Shown in pieces: positions 1 through 12,659 of a DNA stretch of 64,000 nt. Source of the DNA: Mobula hypostoma (Eukaryota). Location of the stretch: the NCBI RefSeq assembly GCF_963921235.1, contig NC_086097.1:121584001-121648000 (forward strand), in the 5' to 3' direction. The position numbers were made by a program, and so were the translations under genes. The notes beneath the pieces are model-generated. The model saw nothing but the letters and a program-made list of their open reading frames with translations. It had not been told where the DNA came from and ran no database searches. Numbering within the stretch: position 1 is the stretch's first letter; every line of letters starts with the position of its first letter.

Positions 1-767
1 AGATGCGTCCAAATCTTGTAACCAAAATTTTAAATATCGAATATTAATTGCCCAGTAGTAGAGTTCTGCGACAGTTCTATTGAAGATCTTTAAAGTTGCC
101 AGCTGTCATGATATAACAGTACAAGTATCTGCCCATTATCTCCCTTTCTCTATTTCTGGCTGCCTCCTATCCAGGTCAAAAAATTATCTTCTATTGTAGA
201 GAACAGATTTGTTTTTCTAATAAACCAGAACAATTTATGAACTTTATTTCTCCTCTTGCATAGAGAGAGAGGTGACAATATTTGTTTCTTTCCTGCTGAA
301 GAAAGTCATTTGCCATAAGTGTTCATTTGTGATGTTACTGAAATACAATATATTTGTTAGTTCCAGATTTGCTGTTAAGTCAGAGGATTCTGGGTGCAGT
401 TACCAGGCTAGAAGCCTGGTCACAAAATCCAAGGTCACAACTTTCTAGTGGCATACTAATAGAATGCTTTAGAAAAACTCGTTTGTTCTTCCAGCGAGAC
501 ACAAGTTAATTCAGGCCCCATTCAGATTGAAACAAGAGGAATTATATTGATGAATGTGGAAATGGTGGAGAAAAATCACTGTTTTGTTAGCCTTTGCAGA
601 GAAGAACAGCAGAAGGAAGTGAGGGAGTGTGGGTGAGAAGTATTAGACATCTGGTGGGTACATTGAGTGACAGAGATCAGAGCGTGGCAGTCTGAGTAAT
701 AGGGGGAAATCAAGAAGTGTCAGTGAGTGTAAGGTGAGGGAGAATCAGAGAGTGTGTAAGTGATAAC

Positions 768-1095
768 CACAAGAGATTCTGAAGATGCTAAAATATGGAG
801 AGAGAGAGACACACACACACACAGACACAAAGTGCTGAAGGAACTGAGCAAGTCAGGCAACATCTACAAAGAGGAATAAACAGTCAACTTTTTGGTATTG
901 TTGAAGGGTCTCAGCCCAAAACGTCAACTGTTTATTCCCTCCACCCACCACCTTATTCTGGCTTCTGTAGCCCTTCCCCTCCTCTCCAGTCCTGACGAAG
1001 GGTCTGTCCATAATGTCAACTGTTTATTCCTCTCCACAGATTGTGGTTGACACACTGAGTTCCTCCAACATTTGGTGTGTGTGTGTGTTGCTCTG
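768..1095. mobile_element. Old Penelope-like pseudo-LTR remnants: one inverted arm plus two tandem + strand arms with decayed hammerhead motifs
   Basis: Similar to the pLTR at 27650-27786; decayed hammerhead cores at ~900-930 and 988-1021 (agtcCTGACGAagggtc...). Confidence 0.7.
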
Positions 1096-1269
1096 GGAGT
1101 TATCCCCACTATATTGATCTGTATTTTAAAATAGTACTAACAATTAGTTATCTGGTTGCTATCTTATTCCTAGTTATGGGAGTTTGCTCTGTAGAGATTT
1201 CTCTCTGCTTCCTGCATGATATCAGTTTCAACATTTTACCTTGCAGGTGGTGAAGAACTCTTAACTTAA

Positions 1270-3945
1270 AGCATAGAACATGGAACAGGCCCCTTGGCCA
1301 GTGATGTCTGTGGTCACCATGATACGAATTTAAACTGCACGTGGTCTCTATCCCTCTATTGCCTGCCTGTTCATTTCTCTGTCTAAATGCTTACTGTCAT
1401 AATGCATTCCGTCACTTCTGGCAATTAATTTCATGCATCTGTCACTCTCTGCTTTTAAAAAATGTTTGCTTCACAAATCTGATAAGAACATACTAAATAG
1501 AAGCAGGAGTCAGCCATCTGGCCCTTCAAGCCTGCTCTGCCATACAATAAGATCATGGCTGGTCTGACCATGTACTCAGCTCTGCTTTGCTACCTTTCTC
1601 CCATGACCCTTAATTTGCCTATTATGCAAAATATATCTAACCATATCTTAAATATATTTAATGAGGTCATTTCCACAGGCAGAAAATTCCATAGATTCAC
1701 CAGTCTTTGGGAAAAGCAGTTTTTTCTCAGCTCCGTCCTATATCTATTCCTCTGAATCTTCAGGCTCTGTCCCCTAGTTCTAGTCTCACTAACCAATGGA
1801 AACAACTTTCCTACCTCTATCCCATCAGCACGAGTGGGCTTGTCTACCTTTAGACCCACTAGTTTGTCCATCACTACCTCTTTAGTGACAATAATTGGAT
1901 CAAGGTTCTCACCTGCCATCACTTTCATAACATCTCTTTGGCATGTTAGATGTGTTCTGCACCCTGACTTTTTAAAATTTCCCCTTTCACTTTATAGCTA
2001 TTTCCTCCAGTATTTGATATTTCCACCCTGGGGGTAAAAAAGACTTACGATCTCAAAGTTCAAAATAAAATTATTATCAAAGTACATATATGTCACCATG
2101 CACAACTCTGAGATTCATTTCCTTGTGGGCATACTCAGTAAATTCATCATAGAATAATAGCCATAATAGAATCGACGAAAGACCGCTCTAACTGGGCATT
2201 CAACCAGTACGCAAAAGACAACAAACCGTGCACATACAAAAAGAGAGAAAGAATAATAACAAATAAATAAACAAATATTGAGAACATGAGATGAAGAGTC
2301 CTTGAAAGTGAGTCTTTAGGTTGTTGGTTAAGGGGTAATAACTGTTACTGAACCTAGTGGTGTGAGTCCTGTGGCTCCTGTATCACCTTCTGAATGGCAG
2401 CAGCAAGAAGAGAACATGACCTGGATGGTGGGTGTCCCCAATGACAGATGCTGCTCCCTTGCAACAATGCTCCATGTAGATGTGCTCAATGGTGGCGAGT
2501 GCTTTGGCCTGATCCAAAATATCCACTACATTTTATACAGTTTTCCATTCAGGCATTGGTGTCTCCATACCAGGCTGTGATGCAGCCAGTCCATATACTT
2601 TCCACTACAGATCTATAGGAGTTTGTCAAAGTTTACCTTAACTATGTCTCTCTTAAGTTGATATACTTCTATCAGGTCATTCCTCAGCCTCCGATGCTCC
2701 AGAAAAAGGATTCCAAGTTTATACAACTCCTCCTTTTAACTAATGCTCTTAACCCAGTCAGCATCCTGATGAATCTCTCAGATCTCTCCAAAGCCTCCAC
2801 ACCTTAATGTAATACAGCAACCAGAGTTGCACATGGTATTCCAAATATAACTTTAACAGTAGTTTTATACAGTTGTAAAATTACTTCCTGACTTATGCCC
2901 AACAGCCCAACCAATGAAGGCAAGAATGCTGTCCATAACTGCCACTCTATCTACTTGCTTGCCATTTTTAAGAAGCTATGACCTTGCATCCCAAGATACC
3001 TTTGTAAATTAGTACTTTTAAGGGTCCCGCCATTTACTGTGGGCTTTCCCCTTTGATCACACACTTGTTTGGATTAAACTTTAACTGTCATTTCTCTGGC
3101 CATATGTCTGTATTCTGTGTAGTCCCTGACAACCTTTCTCACTATCCACAGTTCTGCCAACTTTTGTGCTGTCTGCAAAGTTACTAGCCACCTACTGTTT
3201 ATGTTCATCCAAATCACTTGTATATATCACAAACAAAAGAGGTCTAAGCACTGACCCTTGTGAAACACAATTGGTCACAGTCCTCTTGTCAGAATAACAC
3301 CTACAACCACTATTGTCTGCCTTCTATGACAAAGCCAATTTTGAATTCAGTCTACAAGTTATCCTGTGCCCTAATTCTTTTGCATCAACTTTAATTTTTT
3401 ATATATTTCTTTATTTTTTAATTTCTGTAATCTTGTTGTATGTTGTGCATGCCAACAGACCACAGCAAATTCTTAATACATGTAAACTTACATGCAAGTA
3501 AAGTTGGTCCATGATCTTTGGGGAAGGACTTGTCAAAATCTTTATTTAACTCCATGTATAAAGATCTATTGCCTTATCTTCATAAGTCATTTTTGTAACA
3601 TCTTCAAAAAAAAAATTTGTAAGGTTTGACTTCCCCTGCACGAGGCCATGTTGATTATCCCTATTATGCCTATGGTTTTCCATATACAAGGAGATTCTAT
3701 ATCAGAGAATCATTTCCAGTAATTTCGCCGTCACCGCTATAAGGCTCTCCAGCCTATGATTTCCTCGTTTGCTCAGAGTGGCCTTCTCAGATAGAGAAGC
3801 AACATTGGCTATTCTCCAGTTTTCTAGGACATTTCCTGTGGATAAAGAGGGTACAAATATGTCCCTCAGGGCCCAAGTAATCTCCTCCTTTGTCTCTCAA
3901 TAACCTGGGTTAAATCCCATTGGGCCCTTGGGAATTACCTAGCTT
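1270..3945 (-). mobile_element. Patchwork of decayed CR1 LINE fragments with a Rex/Babar-type 3' fragment (~2055-2630)
   Basis: ORF 1590..1928(-) contains the CR1 C-terminal motif (RTRGQSLK..FSQRLVNLWNFLP); further CR1 RT remnants at 2640-3940. Confidence 0.65.
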
Positions 3946-4167
3946 TAAGGTTTTGAGGTCATGAAAAGTAAACTCAATGACAGATCAATATGTTGATGTC
4001 CCATTTAAATGAACCTATATTCAGAGCTGTGCCGTTTTTATATAATATTTCTATTCATGCCATTCGTTTGAAATGTAAAGCACATGTGTTTTGCCAGTGC
4101 TAAGACCATTGTAAAATTTTTGAACAGTGCCTGCTGTATGAATTAGTTTCTGTTTGAATTTTGCTAG

Positions 4168-4326
4168 GTTCGTTTTGGCAGCTTGGGCATTGGATCAGCA
4201 TTAACACTGGTAGAAGGTGGCTGTGTTGCATTGGCAGCCAGCTGTCAAAACATTTCTGGAGGATTATGGGGTACGCTGCTAAATATTCTTCTAGACCAAT
4301 CAGAGTGCAGTATGGTTCGTAAAGAG
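4168..4326 (+). CDS. RTTN: Rotatin exon (window exon 1): [53 protein letters not shown]
   Basis: ttttgctag acceptor, gtaagc donor, 159 nt, phase 0/0; strong match to recalled rotatin sequence. Confidence 0.95.
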
Positions 4327-4446
4327 GTAAGCAGTTCTTCTAATTATACAGAGTAAATACCTATACTATCATTTGGCTTCTACCCAGCATTCTCAGCTTT
4401 TCACAGCAACAAAGCATATTCATAATTAGGCTGACTTCTATGAATT

Positions 4447-4946
4447 ACACATAGTGGCCACTTCAATAGTTACCTCCTGTACCTAATAAAGTGGCTACTG
4501 AGTGTATGTTCGTTGTCTTCTGCTGTTCAATGTGTTATATGTTCAAAGGTTTTCTTCCGCACACTACTGTTGTAACACATGGTTATTTGAGTTACTGTTG
4601 CCTTCTTGTCAGCTTGAACCAGTCTGGGCATTTTCCTCTGCCCTCTCTCATTAGGAAGGCATTTTTTCACATAGAACTGCCACTCATTGGATGTTTAGTT
4701 TTTAGCACCATTCTCTATAAACTCTATCAACTGTTGTGCGTGCAAATCCTGCGAGATCCATCAGTTTCTGAGATACTCAAACCACCCCGTTTTACACCAT
4801 CAATCGTTCCACAGTCAAAGTCACTTAGATCACAACTGAACCTCTATGTCTGTGTGCTTTTATGTATTCAGTTGTTACCACATCATAGGTTCATTGATAT
4901 TTGCATTAATGATCAGGTGTACCATGTAAAGTGGCTGTTGAGTGTA
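4447..4946 (-). mobile_element. Non-autonomous Tc1/mariner-type MITE (cactcagtggccactttattagg family)
   Basis: Terminal inverted motifs; internal sequence shared with the copies at 11623, 28913, 37470 and 56490. Confidence 0.7.
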
Positions 4947-5269
4947 ATTTGGCCCCTACCCAATGCTCAGCTTTTCACAGTAACGAAGCAATTTCATAAT
5001 TTGGCTATCTTCTATGAACTATAATCTTGTACCTTCGTATGTACAATTACAAGCAATTACTCTAACAGTGATGAAGGGCTTCAGAAACATGCAGGTGCCA
5101 TTAAGGTCAAGGCAGAGGTTCCAGATAAAGAGCGATTAAACCAAGACCTCAGTGGTGGAGCTGGCAGAAGATGATGATGCATCACAATGGAGGAAGACTG
5201 CAGCATTGAAGGGTCCCCAGCTGTCTTGCATTTCATGCCACTGGTGCCTGACCACCAACCTGTCAAGGA

Positions 5270-6690
5270 CCGTGTGTTGGCTGTCCATGCAACAGCCTCT
5301 GCATGTTAAACCAAGTCACACATAGAGGTGTTCTCCATTAAGTGAATCAACCCTAACGTACCTGATAATGTGGATCCGTGCCAGTTATAACGATGTCATC
5401 AAAGAAAGCGGCAACATTATTATTATTACTCAGCATGGTGTCCATAAACTGTTGCGAAATTGAAGGAATTGCCTTTACCCCAAAAGGTAGATAGAAGAAG
5501 GAAAACAATGCTTTGTGTTGTAATAGCAAGAAACTCCTGTGAATTTTTTGCCTCTTCTATCTAGAGATGGGCTTCATCCAAATCCAACTTCACAAAGTAG
5601 TGACCACCATTCAATCTTGTACCAGTAGTGGGTAGTGGTGTGTGTCCAAAGCCGTAGTGAGACCAGTTGAGAAGTCTGCACGCAGCCTCACTGTACTATT
5701 GGCTTTCTTGATAATGGCTTTTGGAGCTGCCCAATGTGAATAGTTGACAGCTTTGATCACAGCAGCTTGTTTCTGGCAATCTAGCTCTTGCTCCACAATT
5801 GGTAAGGCAGCTTATGGTACCAATCTTTTGCGACAGAAGACTAGCTTTGTGTCTGGATGCAGATGGAATTCTGCTTCCGGTTCGGTGCAATTGCCTAAGC
5901 CTTCTTGAAACACTGTTGCACAGCACTGTTGCTGTTGTTGTATGATCTCACATACTGATGTTGGTATGGCGTTGACTGACATGATTTTAATGGTCAGTGT
6001 CTCCATACAGACCTCCTCTAGAGGGATGCTCCAGAGATCAAGCTTGCCCATCCAGTCAATGCCAAAAACATTCAGATCTGGCTGGTCTGTTAGGCAACAC
6101 GTGCCGTTGATTTGGTTACCATGCAGTGCAGTTCGCCAATCAGCTGGAGCGTTCCACCCGATATACTGCAGGCAGAGTGATGAATTGATTTGAATAGTTG
6201 GTGACTCAAGACCTGCTCTGTGCATTTGGAGTTGTAGTTTGACCAACTAATTGTTGATAGGTATGTGGATATATCAACTCCTGGGAGTGAAGTCAACTTT
6301 GAACATGACCATTAAACTCCTTGTAGATTTTGATGGCTTTCGAAACTTCTTGGCCTTGTGCTTCACTGACTTAGAAGACAGTGAAGGATAGCAAAAGCCT
6401 TCTTTGTGACTGTGGAGTTGGCATTTGAAGCAAGTATATTTCTTGTATTGGCAGTTTCTTGTGTAGTACCATGCACCACAGTCCCAATCAGCTGTGTTTG
6501 GCCACTTGAAAACCTGCTGAATGATGATGTCTGAGTCATTCGAAGCTGCATTGACATGGTTCTGTTTAACCAGGTTGAAATCATGTTTCAGGTTGATCAA
6601 CCTCTGACATTCTTGAGTATCAGCTTGTAGAGTCATATTAGGGTCTTGCTCGCGTCTGGCTAGGATCCATTTGCGAATTTCTGCATCGCT
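5270..6690 (-). mobile_element. Decayed Ty3/Gypsy gag-pol fragment (zinc knuckles, protease remnant, N-terminal RT)
   Basis: Minus-strand ORFs give CGAWYYTRNC and CFKCQLHSHKEGFC knuckles, VKLQL (protease region), and WAAP...KKANSTVRLRADFSTGL..AL (RT); many frameshifts. Confidence 0.8.
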
Positions 6691-6694
6691 AGGT

Positions 6695-7288
6695 GCCCAA
6701 GCACCTACACTCCGTCCGCCAGAAAAAGTGGGATCTCCCTGTTGCCACCCATTTTAATTCCACTTCCTATTCCCATTCCGATATGTATATCAATGGCCTC
6801 CTCATTGTCGCGATGAGACCACACTCAGGTTGGAGGGACATCACCTTGTATTCCAACTGGGTTGCCTCCAACCTGATGGCATGAACATTCCCCATCTCAT
6901 CTTCCCTCTCTCACCTTATCTCCTTCCCTGCCCATCGCCCCCCTCTGGTGCTCTTCCCCCCCCCTTTTCTTTCTTCTGTGGCCTTTTGTCCTCTCCGATG
7001 GGATTCCCCCTTCTCCAGCCCTGTATCTCCTTCACCAATCAAATTCCAAGTTCTTTACTTTACCCCTCCCCTTCCGATTTCACCTATTGCCTTGTGTTTG
7101 TCCCTGCCTTCCCCCCACCTTTTAACTCTACTCCCCATTTCTTTTCCTCCAGTATTGCTGAACGGTCTCGACCCGAAACATCAACTGTACTCTTTTCCAT
7201 AGATGCTGCCTGGCCTGCTGAATTCCTCCAGCATTTTGTGTGTGTTGCTTGGATTTCCAGCATCTGCAGATTTTCTCTTGTTTGTGAT
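6695..7288 (+). mobile_element. Penelope-like element 3' fragment (end of GIY-YIG domain + pLTR with decayed hammerhead)
   Basis: HLHSVRQKKWDLPVATHFNSTSYSHSDM...LGCLQPDGMNI matches the endonuclease C-terminus at 24733-25059. Confidence 0.85.
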
Positions 7289-7351
7289 TGAATGGTGGAA
7301 AAGACTTGATGGGCCAAATGGTGTAATTCGGCTCCTATGTCTTATGGTCTT

Positions 7352-7518
7352 TTAATTTAGGTCACTTTGAAGAGATCTGTTTTCAATTTGTCACAAGAAT
7401 CTTTTTCTGTTGATCAGTGTCAAAAAAGCCAAATTAAATCCAGTGTGATTCAATGTTGTAAAGCAATAAATCATAAAACTTCCGGGGGGGCGGGGTAAAT
7501 ACCTTTTATAAGCACTGT
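7352..7518 (+). mobile_element. Tc1-like terminal remnant
   Basis: Ends ...taccttttataagcactg|TA, a Tc1-type terminus. Confidence 0.45.
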
Positions 7519-7686
7519 ATATGTCAAGTGACTCAATGGGCATTGTATTTTTCTTCTATACTTCCCTGAAGTAGTCAAAATATGGTCTAACAGTGTATCT
7601 TGTTTTGCATAGAATTAGATAAAGTTCCATATCAGAAGATAATTTTTTTTCAAGTTGTGAAAGTACATAAGGTTTGTGATAAATAG

Positions 7687-9237
7687 GTTCTCCGGGCCTG
7701 TGCAAGTGAGCTAGCTGGAGTGTTTGCTGACATCTTCAACTCCTCCTTGCTTCAGTCTAAGATCCCCTCGTGTTTTAAGAAGGCAACGATAATCCCAGTG
7801 CCGAAGAAGAGCAAGGTGGCATGCCTGAATGACTATCGACCTGTGGCTCTGACATCAATTGCTATGAAGTGCTTCGAGAGATTGGTTTTGGCACACATCA
7901 ACCACAGCCTACCAGTCAACCTCGACGCTTTGCAATTCGCCTACCGGAGCAACAGGTCAACGGCAGATGCCATCTCTCTGGCCCTACTTTCCTCCTTAGA
8001 ACACCTGGAGAATAAAGACGCATACGTAAGGCTCCTTTTCATTGACAGTACAGCTCTGCCTTTAATACCATCATTCCAAATAAACTGATTTCTAAACTCC
8101 AGAACCTGGGCCTTAGCACTCAGATCTGCAGCTGGATCTTCAACTTCCTCACAGACAGGACCCAGGCTGTAAAAAATAGGGGACAAGCTCTCCTCTACAG
8201 TCACTTTGAGCACCGGTGCCCCACAAGGCTATGTACTCAGCCCCCTGCTGTACTCACTGTACACCCATGATTGTGTAGCCAAGTTTCCATCAAACTCAAT
8301 GTATAAGTTTGCTGATGACACAACAATTGTAGGCCATACCTCAGGTAATGATGAGTTTGAGTACAGAGAGGAAATTAAGAACCTGGTGGCATGGTGCGAA
8401 GACAATAACCTATCTCTCAACGTCATCAAGACAAAAGAATTGGTTGTTGACTTCAGAAGGAGCAGTGGACCGCACGACCCAATTTACATCGGTGGTGCAC
8501 AAGTGGAACAGGTCAAAAGCTTTAAGTTCCTCGGGGTCAGTATCACAAATGACCTGACTTGGTCCAACCAAGCAGAGTCCACTGCCAAGAAGGCCCACCA
8601 GCACCTTTACTTCCTGAGAAAACTAAAGAAATTTGGCCTGTCCCCTAAAACCCTCACTAATTTTTATAGATGCACCGTAGAAAGCATTCTTCTTGGGTGC
8701 ATCATAACCTCGTATGAAAGTTGTCCTGTCCAAGACCCAAAGAAGCTGCAAAAGCTCGTGAACACGGCACAGCACATCACACAAACCAATTTTCCATCCG
8801 TGGACTCACTTTACACCGCACGCTGTCGGAGCAGTGCTGCCAGGATAATCAAGGACACGACCCACCCAGCTAACACACTTTTCGTCCCTCTTCCCTCCGG
8901 GAGAAGGTTCAGGAGCTTGAAGACTCGTACGTCCAGATTTGGGAACAGGTTCTTTCCAACTGTGATAAGACTGCTGAACGGATCCTGACCTGGATCTGGG
9001 CCGTACCCTCCAAATATCCGGACCTGCCTCTCAGTTTTTTTGCACTACCTTACTTCCCATTTTTCTATTTTCTATTTATGATTTATAATTTAAGTGTTTC
9101 AATATTTACTAATTTTAACTATTTTTAATATATTTAATATTTGTAATCCAGGGAGTGTGAAGCGCAGAATCAAATATCGCTGTGATGATTGTATGTTCTA
9201 GTACCAATTGTTTGGCGACAATAAAGTATGAAGTATA
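7687..9237 (+). mobile_element. 5'-truncated Rex1/Babar-type LINE (RT pseudogene with frameshifts)
   Basis: ORFs 7720..8088 and 8206..8988: [27 protein letters not shown]; 3' aataaag followed by a short-repeat tail. Confidence 0.88.
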
Positions 9238-10262
9238 AAAAATAGCTCAATTAAAAATAACTAAAACAGAGATGTTTGTTTGGACGGTGCCAAAATTGGT
9301 TCTCTAGACAGTGAAGTCCCATGGAGACTGCAGAAATAGTCACTTTTAGATTGTTTTCTGGAAGTTTTGTACATTTTACCGATTCAATAGTTGGATAGAG
9401 ACGTGACATCGAGAATATGTATTACTATTTATTGGGATTTAGCAAATAGCAAAGAGATGTAATCTTGGGGGGAAAAACCCAAAATACAGAATAATAGACT
9501 AGTTTAGCTTGGTGAATTGCCCTTAAGAGCATTTAAGTTCAAGTTAAAGATGGTTGGTCATTCTAGTTTAAGTTTTTGTTCTATATTTTTAAATGTTTTG
9601 TGGAATGTTGTGCCAAGTTCCTTTCAAAATTATGTTAAAAGATAGTAAGATCCATGCAAGTTTTTTTTTCTGATTGCTGACACATAGTACAGATGTAAAA
9701 ATAGATAATCTAATCTGTTTTTAAAAAATCAATAAATTAGATTATGGCGAAAGTCTTTAAAATGCCACAAGCCTTGATTGCTATGGATGGAATTAGACTC
9801 TATAATGTAAGCATTGACTGAAGTTTAGAAATATACTGAAAATCCAAGATAAGACTGTAGATGCTGGAAATCCTTTTTACCTCAGGCATTTTCTGCTTGT
9901 GGAGTATAAATGGGTAAAGTGGAATAGATTTAACATGAGAAATAAAGGTAAGAGGATGCCATAGAGCACCTTGAGTCTGCTCTACCATTCAGTAATATAG
10001 CTGATATGAATCGGCCCAAACTCCACTTTCCTTTGTGATACCCAAATCCTCCTGGGACCCAGAACTTAATCTATTTCAACCCACAATATATGTAGTGACT
10101 CAGCATCCTCAACTTCTGAGATGTACTGTAACTGGAAAGGATGTTAACAGAAAAAGTAAGATTATTTAATGAAAGGATCCAGTAATATCCCTGAATATCC
10201 AGACGTTGTAAAACTAATGAAATGATCTTAAAATACAATGCTGATCCATTTCATGAAACCTT

Positions 10263-10680
10263 AAACCATAAACCATAAGATATTGGAGTAGAATTGGGCC
10301 AATCGGCCTATTGTGTCTGCTCTGCCATTCCATCATGTAATTCATTATCCCTCTCAACCCTATTCTCTGCCTTCTCCCTGTAAACTTTGAATCCTTTCCT
10401 AATGCAGAACCTATCAACCTCCGCTTTAAATATACGCACTTGTCTTCCAAAGCCATCTGTAGCAATGAATTCCACAGATTCACCACCCTCTGACTAAAGA
10501 CCCTCTCATTTCTGTTCTAAAAGGGCTCTCTTCTATTCTAAGGCTGTGTCCTTTGGTCTTAGATTCCCCCACTATAGGAGACACCTTTTCCATGTCTAAT
10601 CTGTCTAGACCTTTCAATATCTGATAGGTTTCAATGAGATTCTCCCCCCCGTTCTTCTAAACTCCAGTGTGTACAGCAAG
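10263..10680 (-). mobile_element. CR1 LINE 3' fragment
   Basis: MVNLWNSL motif and a (TTATGG)n-like tail. Confidence 0.7.
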
Positions 10681-11622
10681 TACAGTCTAAACTCCAGTCT
10701 AATCATTCATGAAGTACCTTTGAACATATAATAAATATACCTATTATTCTGCTGATGAGCAACCACAATTAAAGCCAATGAAATGACCTTAATGTATGAA
10801 ACTGGCCCTTTAATAGTTTAGTTGGTGCATATTAATCTCAGGTGATGTGTTGTTTCAAGCAATGGTTCATCTCCTCCAGCAAGGAGCAGCATTGTCCAAT
10901 TTGTATCTCTTAGATCATAGATCATTGCTAGCTTCAAGATTAAATTTCAAGATTGTTTATTGTCATTCTTTAGTACATGTGTAAAAAAAAGAAATGTTTT
11001 TTACTCCAGATCCGATGCAGCATAGAAAACTACAATAAGCATAAAGAATGTAATTTAAAAAAAACACTATAAATATAAATACATAAAATCAGCTAATATA
11101 CATAAATGGATTGTATGTAAAAGTGACGTTAGGAACAGGAGTATCTGTACACGAGGTGTCTCTGACAGGAAATTAAAAACTAGCGGTGGCTGGGTGGGTT
11201 AATGGGTGGAGATGGTGATCAGCAAGATTAGCTTGGGGAAGTAACTTTCAGAGGCTAGTAGTCCTGGCATGGATGCTGTGTAGCCTCTTCCCTGATGTGA
11301 GTGGGACAATCAGTCCATGAGTAGGATGATGGGGATATTGCAGGCCTTTTTCCGGCACCTTTTTCCTTATATGTCCTTAATGGTGAGTAGGTGATGCCGG
11401 TGATGTGCTGGGCAGTTTTAACCACCCATTGCCTTTTCAGCATGCCTCCTGAGCAAAACATTGTTGTTACTCTTAACATTTTTATATGTTAAAAGTATTC
11501 TTTCTTTAAAAGAAGTATTTCTATCAAAGCAGCTGACTGTGGTATTAGCCCTGCAGAGGTATTAAATCAGCTAGAACAACTAAATAATAAAGGTTAAAAC
11601 TATAGTGTGCATCCATTAGCAT

Positions 11623-12135
11623 ACACTCAGTGGCCACTTTATTAGGTACACTTGTACGCTTCGTTAATGCGAGTATTTAATTAGCCAATCACGTGGCAGC
11701 AACTCAGTGCATAAAAGCATGCTAGCATGGAGAAGAGGTCAGTTGCTGTTCAGGTGAAACATCAGAATGGAGAAGAAATGTGATCTAAGTGACTTTGACC
11801 ATGGAATGATTGATGGTGCCAGATGGTAGTTTGAATATCTCAGAAACTGCTGATCTTCACGCACTACAGTCTCTAGAGTTTACAGAGAATGTGCAGAAAA
11901 CGAAAACATCCAGTGAGCATCTGTGGGCAAAAACAGAAGAGAGAGGTCAGAGAAGAATGGTCAGAGTGGTTCAAGCTGACAGAAAGGTGGCAGTAACTCG
12001 AATAACTACGCATTACAATAGTGGTGTGCAGGAGAGAGTCTTCGAATACACAATTCGATCCTTGAAGTGCATGTGCTACAGCAGCAAAAGTCCATAATTA
12101 TACACTCAGTGGCCACTTTATAAGATACAGAGTTA
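11623..12135 (+). mobile_element. Non-autonomous Tc1/mariner-type MITE
   Basis: Starts TA|cactcagtggccactttattagg; the motif is repeated at 12103; decayed transposase HTH-like remnant. Confidence 0.7.
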
Positions 12136-12659
12136 ACCCGACAGTGCTCACTGGAATTACCGGGTAACTAGATGTATGTCGTGATTGATTTTGAATGCAG
12201 AATAGAAGACTTCCACTGGAGACCATAAGAGAGGTGATTAGCTGCTTGAATCACCTCTTAAGTTCTGACCATTTTTCTGAGAATTCATATGATGTATTCT
12301 CATTTTGCAAATTAAAGTCATTTATCCAGTTTTATTTTCCTGGATCTCGTATCTGAGGTTCACTCGGAAGATTCAGTTTAGTGTTTTGAATCATTGGCAA
12401 TCGGGAAGGAACTGAGTCTTCAGACAGCTCCAGTGTTCTCATCTTAAATCATCTGGTTCTGCACAAAATGTTGTATACCTATCTGAAAATTCGATGTGCT
12501 GAGAAAATATGTGAATCCCTTTAATTCTATACAGTTCCTCACGGTTCTGAAGTGAAGTGTGCCATCCATTTTCTGTCACTGATTGTATCGAACTCTTTTT
12601 TCTAAACACAGTTACTTCTCACCTTTCATCCCAAGGGTTCGAAAGACCATGTTTTAGTG

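Noticed and set aside
1247..1265. Good-looking splice acceptor (ttttaccttgcag) as an extra RTTN exon
   Set aside because: Stop codons follow quickly, there is no rotatin-like peptide and no suitable donor
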